A stretch of DNA of 64,000 nucleotides from the human T2T-CHM13v2.0 reference genome, Homo sapiens. Below, piece by piece: positions 47,991-61,883 of this stretch. Each line of letters opens with the position of its first letter. The first letter of the stretch is position 1. The stretch is taken from assembly GCF_009914755.1 (NCBI RefSeq), contig NC_060928.1. The stretch is one strand, 5' to 3'. Position numbers and translations under genes: made by a program. The notes below the pieces were generated by a model. The model saw nothing but the letters and a program-made list of their open reading frames with translations, ran no database searches and was not told the DNA's origin.

Positions 47991-48263
47991 CTGGCATGGA
48001 AACTTGCCCCAGTGAGCAAGCTGGAGTTGGAGCAATTGGGGCAGACTCTTTACAGTTTACTGTGCCTGTGGTGGAGGTTTTGCCCTAAACTAAAGGATGG
48101 GTGGAGAACTGGTCCCCTCTGCTTCACCTATCTATAATACAGCTTCTATAACATGGGGCTCAGGGGGTGAGAAATAGTTTTGCTAGACCCCTGCTCCCCA
48201 GTTGAAAAACATGCCCCCAGGCTGGGAGCTGAGGGAAAAGGCAACCCCTGTCTTCTCCGCTGA

Positions 48264-48798
48264 TGTGATGTTTAATTTTAAGTGTCAACCTGACTGGATT
48301 CAGGGATACCTAGAGAACTGGTAAAGCGTTACTCCTGGGTGTGTTTTTGAGCGTGTTTCCCAAGGAGATTGGCACACGAATTGTGAACTGAGTGGGGAAG
48401 ATCCACCCTTTATGTAGGTGGGTGCTATCCAATAAACTGGAGACCCAGATGCAACAAAACAGGCCAGAAATGGATTTCTTCTTCCTCTTCTGGTGCCGGA
48501 ATTCTCTCCTCCTCCTGCCCTTGAACATCAGGCTCTCTGGTCTTAGGACTACAGGACTTAGGTCAGCAACTCCTAGATTCTCAGACCTTTGGCCTTGGAC
48601 TGAGAATTATACCATCAGCTACACTGGTTCTGAGGCTGTTATATTTGGAACTGAGCCACCGTCCTGGTACCCCAGGATGTCCAACTTGCCGATGGCCTGT
48701 TGTGGGATTTCTCAGCCTCTATAATTATGTAAGCCAATTCCCCAATAAATCCCTTCTAACTTCTCTTTCTTCTTCTTCTCCTCCTCCATATATACGTA

Positions 48799-48837
<39 letters not shown>

Positions 48838-48947
48838 AACTGGTTCTGGATATACAGAAACAATAGATCTACAGAAACAATAGATCCAGAACCAATAGGA
48901 TATACATACAGATATCCTATGGGTTCTGTCTCTCTGAGCATCCTGAC
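48264..48947 (+). mobile_element. MLT2B-like ERVL LTR with (TG)n
   Basis: tgtgatgtttaattttaagtgtcaacctgactggatt...ccaattccccaataaatccc...tatcctatgggttctgtctctctg. (TG)n at ~48807-48834. Confidence 0.85.
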
Positions 48948-50333
48948 ATGCCCAAAGTAAAGAGTCCAGTGTAGAGCTTCTACAACCCAGAGCTGGAGTA
49001 GAGCCGAGGGTGGTAAGAGAAGAAGATATTGTTTGAATAACATAGATTCTCACTGTTCTAATTGAGATTTAGTGGGTTTTACTGAATAAATTACTTCCCA
49101 TCTGCTGTGTGCCCTAGGATAATTACCAAATATTTTAATTGCTTTCAAAAAAATGTTTTTAACCACCTTAATTGGTGGTTGCTAGACCATGCCTCTGACA
49201 AGTTCCTTTCTCTGCCACTCAGAAAGTATTGCCCCTTTCTATTAATTCTTATTTATTTTTAAACATGCTATATATCATAACAATCATATATTTGTAGGAA
49301 ACATTTTCCAAATTTCTGTTAGAATTGTAATTTTACTGTCCATTTAAAAAATATATTCTTTGCTCAGTTGTTCATATTTTAGATTGAATGACAAATTAAA
49401 TATACATAACAATATTATTTTTATTGTTACTATTAATATTATTATTATTTTGCTGATTATTGGCTTTAATGAAAATCAAGTTCTTCATATTCTCTGAGAA
49501 TCCTTATTCTTTGCATCCTCATCTCGAAGGATTTATTATGTATGCATGTTGATGTATATGTATATAGTGGCAGGGGCTGAAAGTGTGTCCTATGCTTATT
49601 TCTATGTGGTAGAACTGAATTAAATCCTTATATCATTTTAGTTAATTTTTGCAATTATCATACGAGATAGAGATTATTGTTCACACTTATAATATTGGTG
49701 ATTAAATGAAAACATACATCTGAAAGGTTCTTCCTTGGTGCCTTACTAAACATTAATTTTCTCACTATTTTTTTAAATTAAGTTTTTTTATTGTCTTCTA
49801 ACTTATAATAGGTTATTACTATTTAACTTTTTCAATCGTATTTTCAAGTTCATTAGTTTTATTTTTTATTTCGAAGATATTTATAACAATACTGAACACA
49901 TAATAAAGACCAAATAATTATGTGTTTAAGAGAATAAAAATATACACAATTATGTTCGAATAGAGAGTAATTCCAAAACCTGATATTTGTATGTTATTCC
50001 TCTCCACCTTTTTGCTGCTTCTCATCTTCTTTTCCTTGAAGAAACAGTTGATCTAAATTCTGCACACTCTTCGATGGCCTAAATAAATTTATCGCCCATA
50101 CCTGATTTCTACTAAATAGTTCCATATGCACTTATCTCTTCCCTCTCCAAAGTTCTGTCCTTAATGAATTGTTACATTTAATTTGTCTGCTTTATCTCAC
50201 TGATTTTATTTTAAATCTTGAAGGTATTACTTATATCTGCTACTTCCTTTTACCCTTCCATCACTCCTATGACAGTGCTGAATACACAATACAGAGTTCA
50301 TTTATTTTCCCTTCCTTGCTGTTTCCCTTAGGA

Positions 50334-50414
50334 TGAAAGAATAGTTAGTGTAGGAAAAATCACTATTTTGCTTTGAAAGAATAGTTAGTGTAGGAAAAAT
50401 CATTATTTTGCTTT
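50334..50414. repeat. 40-bp tandem duplication
   Basis: tgaaagaatagttagtgtaggaaaaatca(c/t)tattttgctt twice, with one mismatch. Confidence 0.95.
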
Positions 50415-50722
50415 CAGACAAGAAATTGTGACACAGCAAATTTAAGCTGTTCGGCTATATTGAGTTAATCCCAGATATTAGTACGAGATGTTTATAAAAG
50501 TATGAGGGAAATGCATAATTTTTTAAAAATAAAATTGATCCTAAAGTAAAATTTAAGTTAGCAAAAGAAAATGATGTGCTAAATAGAGTGAAGAACTGAA
50601 GACAATATCTAAAATGACTAGAACTGACTTAAAAATCTGTTGGCGAAATATGGCTGACAAAAGTAGTATATAAAAGGGATAAAATTTTTAAAATACCAAT
50701 TTTTAAAAACTACTAGTTTTGT

Positions 50723-50808
50723 CTTTTGGTATGGATTGCTAAATTCAAATACAATGACCTCTGTGCTTTTGGTATGGATTGCTAAATTCAAATACAATGA
50801 CCTCTGTG
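50723..50808. repeat. 43-bp perfect tandem duplication
   Basis: cttttggtatggattgctaaattcaaatacaatgacctctgtg twice. Confidence 0.95.
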
Positions 50809-51549
50809 CAAGACCTTCCTTCATTTCTTCTTCTACAGCTTCCTCATTTCTTAGTACTAACTCTAAGATAATTTATCACACTTCATAGTTAATCTGATCC
50901 TAGCTTTTGCAACCCTATTGATCTAGAAAGTAGATTTGACTGACCTGGCTGGGCAAAAAATTCACATTTCACTATTAAACTCTACTTAGACCTTCAGAAG
51001 TTGCAAATACGTACCTACCCAGATAGAGATGGGAACTATATCCAAATAGCTACATCAACATTAGAGAATCTCCATTAGTATTTATGCTTTTATTATTTAT
51101 GTGGATGTCAGCTCCCCACAAGATGGTAAATTTCTTGAGTATGGGGTCATGTTTATTTATATCTGTGTGTTCAGTATATCACATAGTTTCATAACATGTT
51201 TTCTGTAGAAGCACAGGTTCTTAAGTAAGTCATACTTAAGTTAAAACTGTAATTCTGCTTGCTGGTCATATTACTTTGAGCTATCTAATTAACCCTCTTT
51301 TGCCTTAAAATTCATTCTGAATAAATGAGCAAAATAAAAACATCTATTTTCTTGGCTTACTGTGAGGATTAAAAGTGGTCATACATACAAAACACTGATA
51401 CATCATGAAATCCAACAAAAGTCAGTGACTAATACTATTGTTATTTTTTTGTTGCTGAAATACAATAGAGAAATAGACAATTGTACTTAGTAAGAAAATT
51501 ATTACATGATTTTAATAATTACTAGTTAAAAATAAATAAAATACAGAAG

Positions 51550-54500
51550 TAATGTCAGCAAGATGGCCGAATAGGATGTCCCCAGTTCACATCTCCCTTG
51601 ACAAACAACAATCTGGCAGCCGTCCACGCATGAAAGTGTCTTTGTGAGAGCTTTGAGATCCTAGTAAGAGGTTGTGAAACCCTAGTCAAGCCCAAGAGTG
51701 AGGAGAGCCATTTTGAGAAGGCAGGGATCCACTGCTAAGATTGTTCAACATGGTCCCAGCTGCAGACTGAAAGCAACCCCATCTCTGTATAGTCTTGGAC
51801 CCTGCCTCATTTGGAACGGTTCTGTGAGAAGCCCCATATGCCATACCTGTTCATGCCCCTGGTAGCAAGCCAACCAACCTTGAACCTGATGGCAGATCCT
51901 AAAGTAGCCCTGTGACCCAGCACCAGCCCTACTCTACCATGGAAGAGAATCAGTCCTGCAAATCAGGGGCCCAGCAATCCTAGTCTGTGGCCCCAGAACC
52001 AGGCCTGTTAACCTTGGTCCTGACTATGGACTCTGAAGCCGCCCTATGACTTGGTTCCAGCCATGCTTCACTGGGGTCCAAATACAGTCTTGCTCAACCA
52101 TGGAACCAAGAGAAAACATGCCTGTTAGAATCACTGCTAAGAGGCCCCACCAGCCTTAAACCCAACGGCAGACTCTGAAGCAGCCCTGTGACCCAGTTCC
52201 AGCTTCTCTAACATGGTTCCAGGGGAAGTTCTGCTTACCCACAGACTTGCCCAGGGAGGGACCTAGTGGGACCTTCTTAGGGATCCAGCAGGAGTCACAT
52301 CCATCTCTGCCCCTAACACTGAGCCCACCATCTGTAAACTTGGCTGCAGACCTGGAAGAGACCTCATGACATGGCACAAGTCCTGCTCCACTGTGTTCCT
52401 GGAAGCAATTCAATTCTCCAGGTGATCCAGTAGGAACCATGCTAACCTGAGCCCTTGTAAAAGGCCTGGCAACAGTGGACCTCGCTACAGCCACATTACT
52501 TGGCTCCAGTACCACTCTACTGCAATCCAGAGGCAGTCCCATATATCCAGGGACCCAGGAGGATAAGGCTGAATCCAGTCTGTACAGACAGGAAGAGATG
52601 TTTGCTCCTTTAATTGCAAACACATCAACACAAAGCTACAGAGATCATGAAGAATTAAACACAAAAACAAAAAACAAACAAAAAACCCCAAAGAACCACC
52701 AAAGAAAACTAATAAAACTCTAGTAATGACCCACAAAAATAAAAATCTATGTATTTCCTGATGAAAAACTTCAAATAATTATTTAAGGAAGCTCAGTGAG
52801 CTACAAGAAAACACATATTGACAACTCAGGAAAACAACACATGAACAAAATAAGAAGTTCAGTAAAAGATAGTAATCATTTAAAGGAACTGAATAGAAAA
52901 TACAGAGTTGAAGAAAACAATGAACAGAATGAAAAATGTAATAGAGAGCTTCAACAGCAGACTCAGTCCTTCAGATGAAAGAACCTGTAAAGTTGAAGAC
53001 AGATCAAATGAAATCCAGTCAGAGAAGACAAAAAAATAGTGAAAAAGGTCTATGGAAATTGTGAGACATGCCAAGTGAGCAAATATACACATTATGGAAG
53101 TTTGAGAAGGAGAAGAAAGAGAGCAGAAAACTATATAAAGACATAGTGCCTCAAAATATCTCAAATATTGGGAGGGATTCAGACATTAAGATCCATGAAG
53201 CTCTGTTGATCCTAAACACTGATCATAATTATTGATCATAATCAATCATTGTTGATCAAAATCACTGGGGAAAAACTGAAAACTTTTCTTCTAATATGCA
53301 GTACAGGGCAAAGATGCCCACTCTCATAAGTTCTGTTCAACATAGTACTGGAAGTCCTAGCAGGAGTAATTAGATACGAAGAAAAATGAAAGAAATCCAA
53401 ATCAGAAAGGAAAAAGTGAAATGATCTCGTCTTGAATATGACATGATTAAATATGTAGGAAGCCATAACAACTTAGCAAAAAACTTAAAGCTAGTAAAAT
53501 ATCCATTAAAATTTCAGGATACAGAATCAACATTCTAAAATCAGTGGCTTTTCTATACACAAACAATAAATTACCAAAAATGATATTAAGAAAGCAATTT
53601 CATTCAAAATAGCAATGAAAGGAGCTAAATATTTAGGAATAAACTTAACCAAAGTCATGAAAGACTTCATCACTGAAAATTGTAAAACCTTATCAGATAA
53701 AATTAATGAAGACCTAGATAAATGGAAAGATACTCCATGTTCATGGATTGGAAGAATTAATATTGTTAACTATTCCATGCAACTCATAAAGATCTACAGA
53801 TTCAATTCAGTCTCTGTCAAAATTCTGACAGCATTCTTTACAGAATTTTTTTTAATTTTGAAATTCATATGGAATCACAATACACCTGGAATAGCCAAAC
53901 AATTCTGAGAAAGAAGAACAAAACTGAAAATATCATTGTTCCTGATTTCAAAATATAATACAAACTATAGTAACCGAAACATTATGACAAAGGCATAAAA
54001 ACAGACACACAATATAGGATAACAACAAAAAAGAGCATAGAAATAAACCCACACGTCTACAATCTACTGATTTTCAGCAAAGTTCCCAAGAACACATAAT
54101 AAGGAAAGAATAGTCTCTTCAATAAATGTGATTGAACAACTTGATATCTACATGCAGAAGAAAAATTTGGGCGCATATTTTATACCATACACAAAAACCA
54201 ACTCAAAGTAGATTAAAGACCTAAATGTAAGCCCTGGAAGTAATGAATTCCAAAGAGAAAACAGGGGAAAAGTTTCTTGACATTGGTTTGGGCAATATTT
54301 TTTTTTGGTATCCCACCAAAAGCACAGGCAACAAAAGCAAAAAAGAGAAAATTACATCAAACTAAAAGGATTCTTCACACAACAAAGGAAACAGTCAACA
54401 GAGTAAAAAGGCAACCTACAGATTCAGAAAAATATTTGTAAAGCATATAACCACTAAGGGATTAATATCCAAAATACATAAATACCCAAACAACTCAAAA

Positions 54501-55540
54501 GAAAACAACAACAATAACAAAATGCTTCTCCCCGGCCCCAACAACAACAACAACAAAATCAAAATAATTTAAAAATGTTCTAAGGATCTGTACATGCATT
54601 ACTTTGCTCAAATAAGACATAAAAATGGCCAACAAGTTTATGAAAAGGTGCTCAAAATCATGAACCATCAGGGAAATGCCAACCAAAACCATAATGAATT
54701 ATCACCTCATGCCTATTACAATAAGTGTTATCAAAAAGACAAAAGGTAAGTGTTGGCCAGAATGTGGAGAAAAGTAAACTCATGTACACTGATGCTGGGA
54801 ATATAAATTGGTACAACCATTATAGAAAAGTTTAGAAGCTTTTCTATCAAAAAATCAAAATAGAACTACCAAATGGTCCAGAAGTCCCAGTTCTAGGTAC
54901 ATATCTAAAGGAAATGAAATCAGAATCTTAAAGAGATACCTGTACACCATGATCTTTGTGCCATTATTCATAACAGACAAGATATGAAAACAATCTAAGT
55001 GTCTGTAAATGGTGAATAGGTTAAAAAATATGTAAAGAAAATGTAACACACACACACACACACACACACAATGGGATATTATCCAGCATTAAAAACAGAA
55101 GAAAATCCTGCCATTTGAAGCAACATGGATGACCCTGTAGAGAGTTGTGCTAAGTGAAATAAGCCAGGCACAGAAAAACAAATAATATGTGATTTCACTT
55201 ACATGTGGAATATTTCAAAGTCTGATTCTTAAAAGCAGAGGGTAGAATGATGGTTGGTAGGGTTTGTGAATATGTATTGGTGAAGGATAGAAAGTTCAGC
55301 TATGCAGGAAAAATAAGTTACAGAGATCTAATGTACAGCATGGTGACTACAGTTAATAAAACTGTGTTGTTTACTTAAAATTTGCTAAGGGAGTTGATGC
55401 TGTTTTCATTATACAAATTGTAACTAAGCGAGGTGATGGATATGTTATCACAATCTATTCATTTATCAAAATATCATATTGTACACCTTCAATAATTTTT
55501 ATTTGTCTATTAGCTGTCTCAATAAATTGAGAAAAAATAA
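51550..55540 (+). mobile_element. L1MA-type element retaining 5' UTR, ORF1 part and ORF2 3' half, with a large internal deletion
   Basis: 5' end gtcagcaagatggccgaatagg, then a GC-richer repetitive UTR to ~52600 and A-rich ORF1-like text to ~53200. ORF2 peptides follow (KYLGINLTK...PCSWIGRINIV), then an L1MA 3' UTR and A-rich end. (CA)n at ~55046-55070. Confidence 0.85.
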
Positions 55541-57095
55541 ATTATTTGAAATATAATTTCCTTTTTAGATTCAAAGCTTTATTGGTTTAATAAATGTTTC
55601 ATGAACTCCTATGAAAACTGAAATTAAGCAAACTAGTTAGAAAAAATTAAAGTAAGTATTCATCATGATCGATAATGAAGCTTAAACAATGGCATTTTAT
55701 TAGCATGAGAAAATTGTTTCTAATGGGTATAACAGATTAACATAAATCACAAAGTAAAATCAGGGGATAACTTTTTTTGACTGACAAAGGGAATTAGAAT
55801 TGTTATTTTATTAGTGTTGTGATAGATTGTTAGCATCTCTGAGAAATAATTTCTCCCAAAACCTCAGTTCCATGTTCTTTCTGAGTTGACATCGCATAAA
55901 AAGTTCGAAGGTATTCTTTAGGCATTTTGTTATTTACTTAAAATGTTGCTGAGCATTTAGTCACCAATGCACATACTTCTTTGCTTCAAACCTGGAAACA
56001 TACACAAAATAAAACTAAAAACCATTAACCTTAGAAAAATGTAACTTCAATGAAGTAAGTAGTTACTGAAACCAGAATAGGTTTATCAACTGTGTTTTAA
56101 CTGGAACATTAATGATATTTCAAACTCTCTCTTCTATTTCAATTCAAAAGCACTGACATGAACAGCATTTGCCCTTGATGTGGTTAGACCTATTTGGGGC
56201 ATCACTGGAAATATCTGATTGCCCCAGTGAGCAGTAACATAATATCACAGTTTGGTTCATCTTATAGGCCTAGCCTGATGCACCAGCCAACTAGGCAGCA
56301 ATCTGCATTAGTTATTTTCTAGGGGAAAGATATAGTATGAGATCTACTCTTCTAACAAATTTATAAGTGGACAAGGCAGTATTTTTAAACTATAGGCATA
56401 AGTTTCCATAGCAGATCTCTAGAACTTAATCATCTTGCATAACTGAAAATCCATACCCATTGAGTAGCAACTTCCTGTTACCTTCTCCCCACCATTCCCT
56501 GGAAAACACCTTTCTCTCTGTTCTATGGGTTTGACTATTTTAGATGCTTCTTTTAGGTAGAATAATGAAGTATTTGTCCTTCTGAACTGACTTATTTCAC
56601 TGATCATACTGTCCTCCAGATTCATCCATGTCGTGTATGGCAGGAATTTTTCTTTTTTAAGTCAACATATGTTCCATTGTATATGTGTACCAATTTTCTT
56701 TATTCATTTACCGGCTGATGGACCTGTAGGTAGTTTTCACATCTTGGCTATTGTGGATAATGCTGCAATGGACATGGGAGTGCAGAAATCTTTCGGATTC
56801 TGATTTCTTTATTTTTCTTTTTTTTGGATATACATATATACATACCCTAATGCTGGATTGCTGGATTATACGGTAGTTCTATTTTTAATTTTTCGAAGAA
56901 CTTCCTTACTGTCTTCCATGGTGGATGCACCATTTTACATTGCCACTAACAGTGTACAAGTGTTCCAATTCCTCCACATCATTGCCAACACTTATCTCTC
57001 TCTTTTATTTTTTAAATCACTCCCACGCTAACAGATGTGAGGTGATATCTCACAGTTTTGTTTTGCATTTCCCTCGTGATTAGTGGTGTTCAGCA

Positions 57096-57630
<535 letters not shown>

Positions 57631-57869
57631 TACCAAGCATCTTTTTGTATCTCTACATCTCATTTGTCTTTCTTCTAGAGATTTCTACTCAAGTCTTTGG
57701 CACATTTTTAAATTAGTTATTGTTTTTCTTTTCTGTTGAGTTGTAGGAGTTCCTCATATATTAGGGGTATTTTTTTTACATGCTTTGCAAATATTTTCTC
57801 CCATTCATTCATTTTAGTTAATTTTAATTTAAATAGCTACATGTGTCTAGTGACTCCCTTATAGCACAG

Positions 57870-58090
57870 AACAGCTTTAGAGTATTGAACTGGTGAATTG
57901 GTAATAAAATACATGGGTTTTAGAGGCAGACTGTCTGAATTCAAATCTCTACTTCTTTATTTACTAGTTTTGTGACTCTTCTGTGCCTCAGTGTCCTATT
58001 CTGTAAAAGGGGATAACAATACTATTCACCTTATTAGCTGTTTTAAAGACTAAATGCATTCATATATAAAAAAGCACTTAACAAAGTGTA
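57870..58090 (+). mobile_element. MIR
   Basis: tttagaggcagactgtctgaattcaaatc...ctgtgcctcagtgtcctattctgtaaaaggggataacaata. Confidence 0.75.
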
Positions 58091-60839
58091 TGTGTTTATT
58101 AGGAGGGTAAAGGTCAAGCGTCCTGGGTTCTTTGGGAGTGAGGAGAAAAGAGAGGGACAAGGTATTATGGAGGCCACCCAGTAAGGAGCACTAGGCACTT
58201 TGTGGTTTCATCCTAGAACTGACCTTTCAATCGCTGAAGCTGTTACATTATTTTGCTTATGAGTTCAAAGAGTTCTATACAACAGTCACTGAGAATAACA
58301 ACTGGGACATAGTTTTCCACAACTAAAGTTATACTGGATAGATACATTGCCACACAAAGGAAAACCTAGTTTTTAAAAAATCACAGAAGCTAAATTTGTC
58401 ATCATATGACTTGTGAGATATTTTATTGCTAGGCTGCCTATACGATACATTGCCAAAAGAGAATGATAACAGTAACTGTTAGAAACTTACTTGAAACAAT
58501 AAGAAAATGTGCAAAAGAAAAGAATTCTGTGTTGGCTAAATGAACACAATCTCAAGGGTAAATTCAACCCTATGTGACAGCAAGCTTGAAAATCCCTAAC
58601 CCAATCAGCTCCTCCTCTCAGTCTGGTATTGTCCTGGAGAATAAACTGCTTTTGGTTGGAAATTCAGTTGTGTTGACATGAGTCTTATTTTAATATTTGA
58701 ATAGCCTTCAGAGGACAGGAGAACCTTTAAGTCATTTGTCTTCTGCTGTGAATCAGTTGATGAGACTTTTTTTTCCCCTCAGCCCCTACCAGAGACTAAA
58801 CCACTAAGAAGATGGAAATTTTGTAGGGACCAGAGAAGAGATTCAAGCATAATTTGAATGCAGGGTCTCTTTTAAGGGAGTGAAAACACTTTAACACTTT
58901 TAATATTTTGTGTCGGTGTTGGGCATCTAAGATAAGGGGAGAAAGGTGATTTTCAAAATGGTCAAACCCACTTAGAAATGAAGCATCATATTCAGAAAAC
59001 AGCCAAATGAGACAGTGGTGCTTTGGTAAAGCAAATTAAAGAGTGAAAGTGAAGTACAAGCTCCATGAAATATTAAAATAATAGGCTATTATAATGTAGT
59101 GCAATTCCTCTTATCACTCCTTATTTTTCACTAGACAAAATTCCAGGTACTCCTTACAGGATTATTCGATTGCTATACTTCTGTTTAGCCTTCCCTCTTA
59201 AGCTCCCCAAATGGCATCTCACAAACCAAACCAATCTCTCTCCTTGGTGTTTCTATGCACCATTGCACATACTTTGCCCGAGGTATTCACCAATTTGAAT
59301 TTAGTTCAGAGGCTCCTGAATGTTCTCAATTCATGGAAACTTTCATGCCTCATAATTATTTTCATAGCACCCCTGGACCAAAAGAAATGCCTGATAGTTG
59401 TGCTTATTAAGTAATTAGATCCAAATCACTTAAGTATCTATGCCCTGATAACATAGTAACCAAAACAATGACATAAATGGAAAGAAAAAGTAGTATTTTA
59501 ATTTAACTTTTAAACAACAAAATTACTTTTGAATGGCATGTGCTTGCCTATTGGGCACTGAACAACTTCTCAAATATTAGAATCGGATTGAACAATGCCA
59601 CCTTCCTTTTCTGTTCCATATTGATTTCCTATGCAGTTCTTGATTTTTATCACAGCACACTGTGAAGACCCAACTGAGCAAGGTCTGACATCAATGAAAG
59701 GAATATAGCAGGATATCATATAGAAATTGTGAAGCACCTTGAGTGAGTAGTTTGAGCAGTATTCAACAAATATTGAACATCTGTCTTTTCTTTGAAGTTT
59801 TACAATACATCATGTATCCCTTATGACTTCACTGGGGAGCACTAGGATGCCTCATCACACAGGTCATGAATCACCACTTCAGGTATTTTTAAAAATGTAT
59901 ACCATTCCCCCTAGAGTATGAGCATCTTGAGGACAGAAATTGTGTCTTATTTGCAGCTGGCATTTGAAACTTGTCACACTGTGAATTATCTAAACTGCTA
60001 AATCAATACATGATTTCAGATGAGTAAAAACTAGAATGTTTTTTAGTTTGTATTGCTACAGGGGATGGTCCATCATAACTTAACTATTGCCTATCACCAA
60101 TGAGGCAGAGCATATTGTCATTGATTTGGTGTACAACAAAAAGCCGGAAAATGGCACAGTCTGAAAATGGGCAACTCAACAGAAGGTTTCCAAATGACTG
60201 GCTGGAGAGGAAACAGTGGGCACTGGAAACAGAATGGCCCCTTCCTATAGAGTTTGGCCCAGACAGAAAGAGTACCTTTTCTGACACTGTAAGGATTGTG
60301 TACCCAGTGGCAGAAAAGATCTCAAAGTAAGACCAGATGTGTTTCACAGAGCGATATCCTCCCTCTGAATGCTGAAGGAGACGTGGCTGGAATCTTTTAT
60401 TCTAGGGGCCCAGGTGGACCCTTGCCAGTAAGTTTCTTGCTAGTTACTATGAGACTTCTGGTGAATTAGCTTCATAGTTTATCACTTTTCATCTAGATCT
60501 TACATTACTAATGTTTTAAACAGCATTTTCTAAATTATTTTCTGAAGAATGTTACTGTGTTCCAGAAGATGTTAATAAGATGCCATGAAACCTAGGTCGT
60601 AGCTATACATATCTGAGAACCACAGCATGCCCAAATTCAACTCTTAGACATAAGCAATAAATACCAGCCTATTAAAAGCTCTGAGAAGTCCTGAATTAAT
60701 TCAACTTTCAACTTTATTCAGGACTTCTCAGAGATTTAAATATGTATTATTATATGTTAAAATATATGGTTTAATATATAGACAAAAATAATAAATATTA
60801 CTAGTATAATAAATATACATTACTGAGTGCATAATAGAT

Positions 60840-60990
60840 GCTGGGTTGGCAAATATTTTTTTCTATAAAGGGTCAGAGAGTAAAGATTTTAGGCTTTGTC
60901 AGTCTCATACGGTCTCTTTCATGTGTCTTAGTTTTGTTTACTTGTTTGATTTACAACAACCTAAAATTTTAAAAAACATTCTTAACTCTC
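60840..60990. mobile_element. MER58-like hAT-Charlie fragment
   Basis: gggttggcaaatattttttctataaagggtcagagagtaaagattttaggcttt. Confidence 0.7.
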
Positions 60991-61124
60991 AACCTCAAAA
61001 CAGTTCAAGAAATAGAAAATTCAGCATCAAGCAACATAATTTTCTACTCACATGGAACTTATATTCTTACGTTACATTCCTACTCACATTCCTACATTTT
61101 TGGGAGAGAAAGAAATCAAAGAAA

Positions 61125-61598
61125 GAATTTGAGTTAAAGTGAGAAACATTCAGATCTTTCTTTCACTTGAATATTTAGACTCTAGTGTAGAAATAGTAAT
61201 AGGCCTAATATCAATACTGTTGTTTCTCCAACGGAGAGGCCCGAGGCTAGGGAGAGAAAAGAGGAAGTGGCCAGCCAATGAAGCAATCAATAAAAACATT
61301 TTTCAATTAAGTTTACCATCTTACGTGGGCACAGTTCTTGGTGCCCCCAATTACACTGGTAACAGCAAAGATCATCACTGATCACAGACCATGTAACAGA
61401 TATGACAATAATGAAAAAGTTTCAAATACTATGAGAACTACCAAAATGTGACAGTGAGAAACAAAGTGAGCACATACTATTGGCAAGGCGGCTCTGAAGA
61501 CTTGCTCAACGCAGGGTTGCTAGGAAGGTTCAACTTGTAAAAAATCCAACGCCTGAAAATTTCAATTACACAAAACGCAATAAAATGAGGTATGCCTC
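61125..61598 (-). mobile_element. Tigger1 terminal fragment
   Basis: gagttaaagtgagaaac...aaagatcatcactgatcacagacc...caataaaatgaggtatgcct followed by TA (TIR end). Confidence 0.8.
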
Positions 61599-61659
61599 TA
61601 TGAGTATTATAAAATATACATACAAGTGCTATTTTAAAAATCTGTTAAGGAAACAAAAG

Positions 61660-61844
61660 TGAAAGGATGTTGTTTCACATATGTATTATCAGGGATGGGG
61701 TTTCTGAGAACTGAACTTGTGTGGTACCCTGAATGAAGCGAAGGCTTGAGCCATACAAATTTCTAGGAGAAGGAAAAGAATAGTCCTAAGGTCTTCAGTG
61801 CTAAAGGACTAAAAAGGGGCCATGGTCACTAAATAGGGTTTGAT

Positions 61845-61883
<39 letters not shown>

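Noticed and set aside
52156-52736. 155-aa and shorter ORFs
   Set aside because: They lie in the GC-richer L1 5' UTR repeat region and have no recognisable homology.
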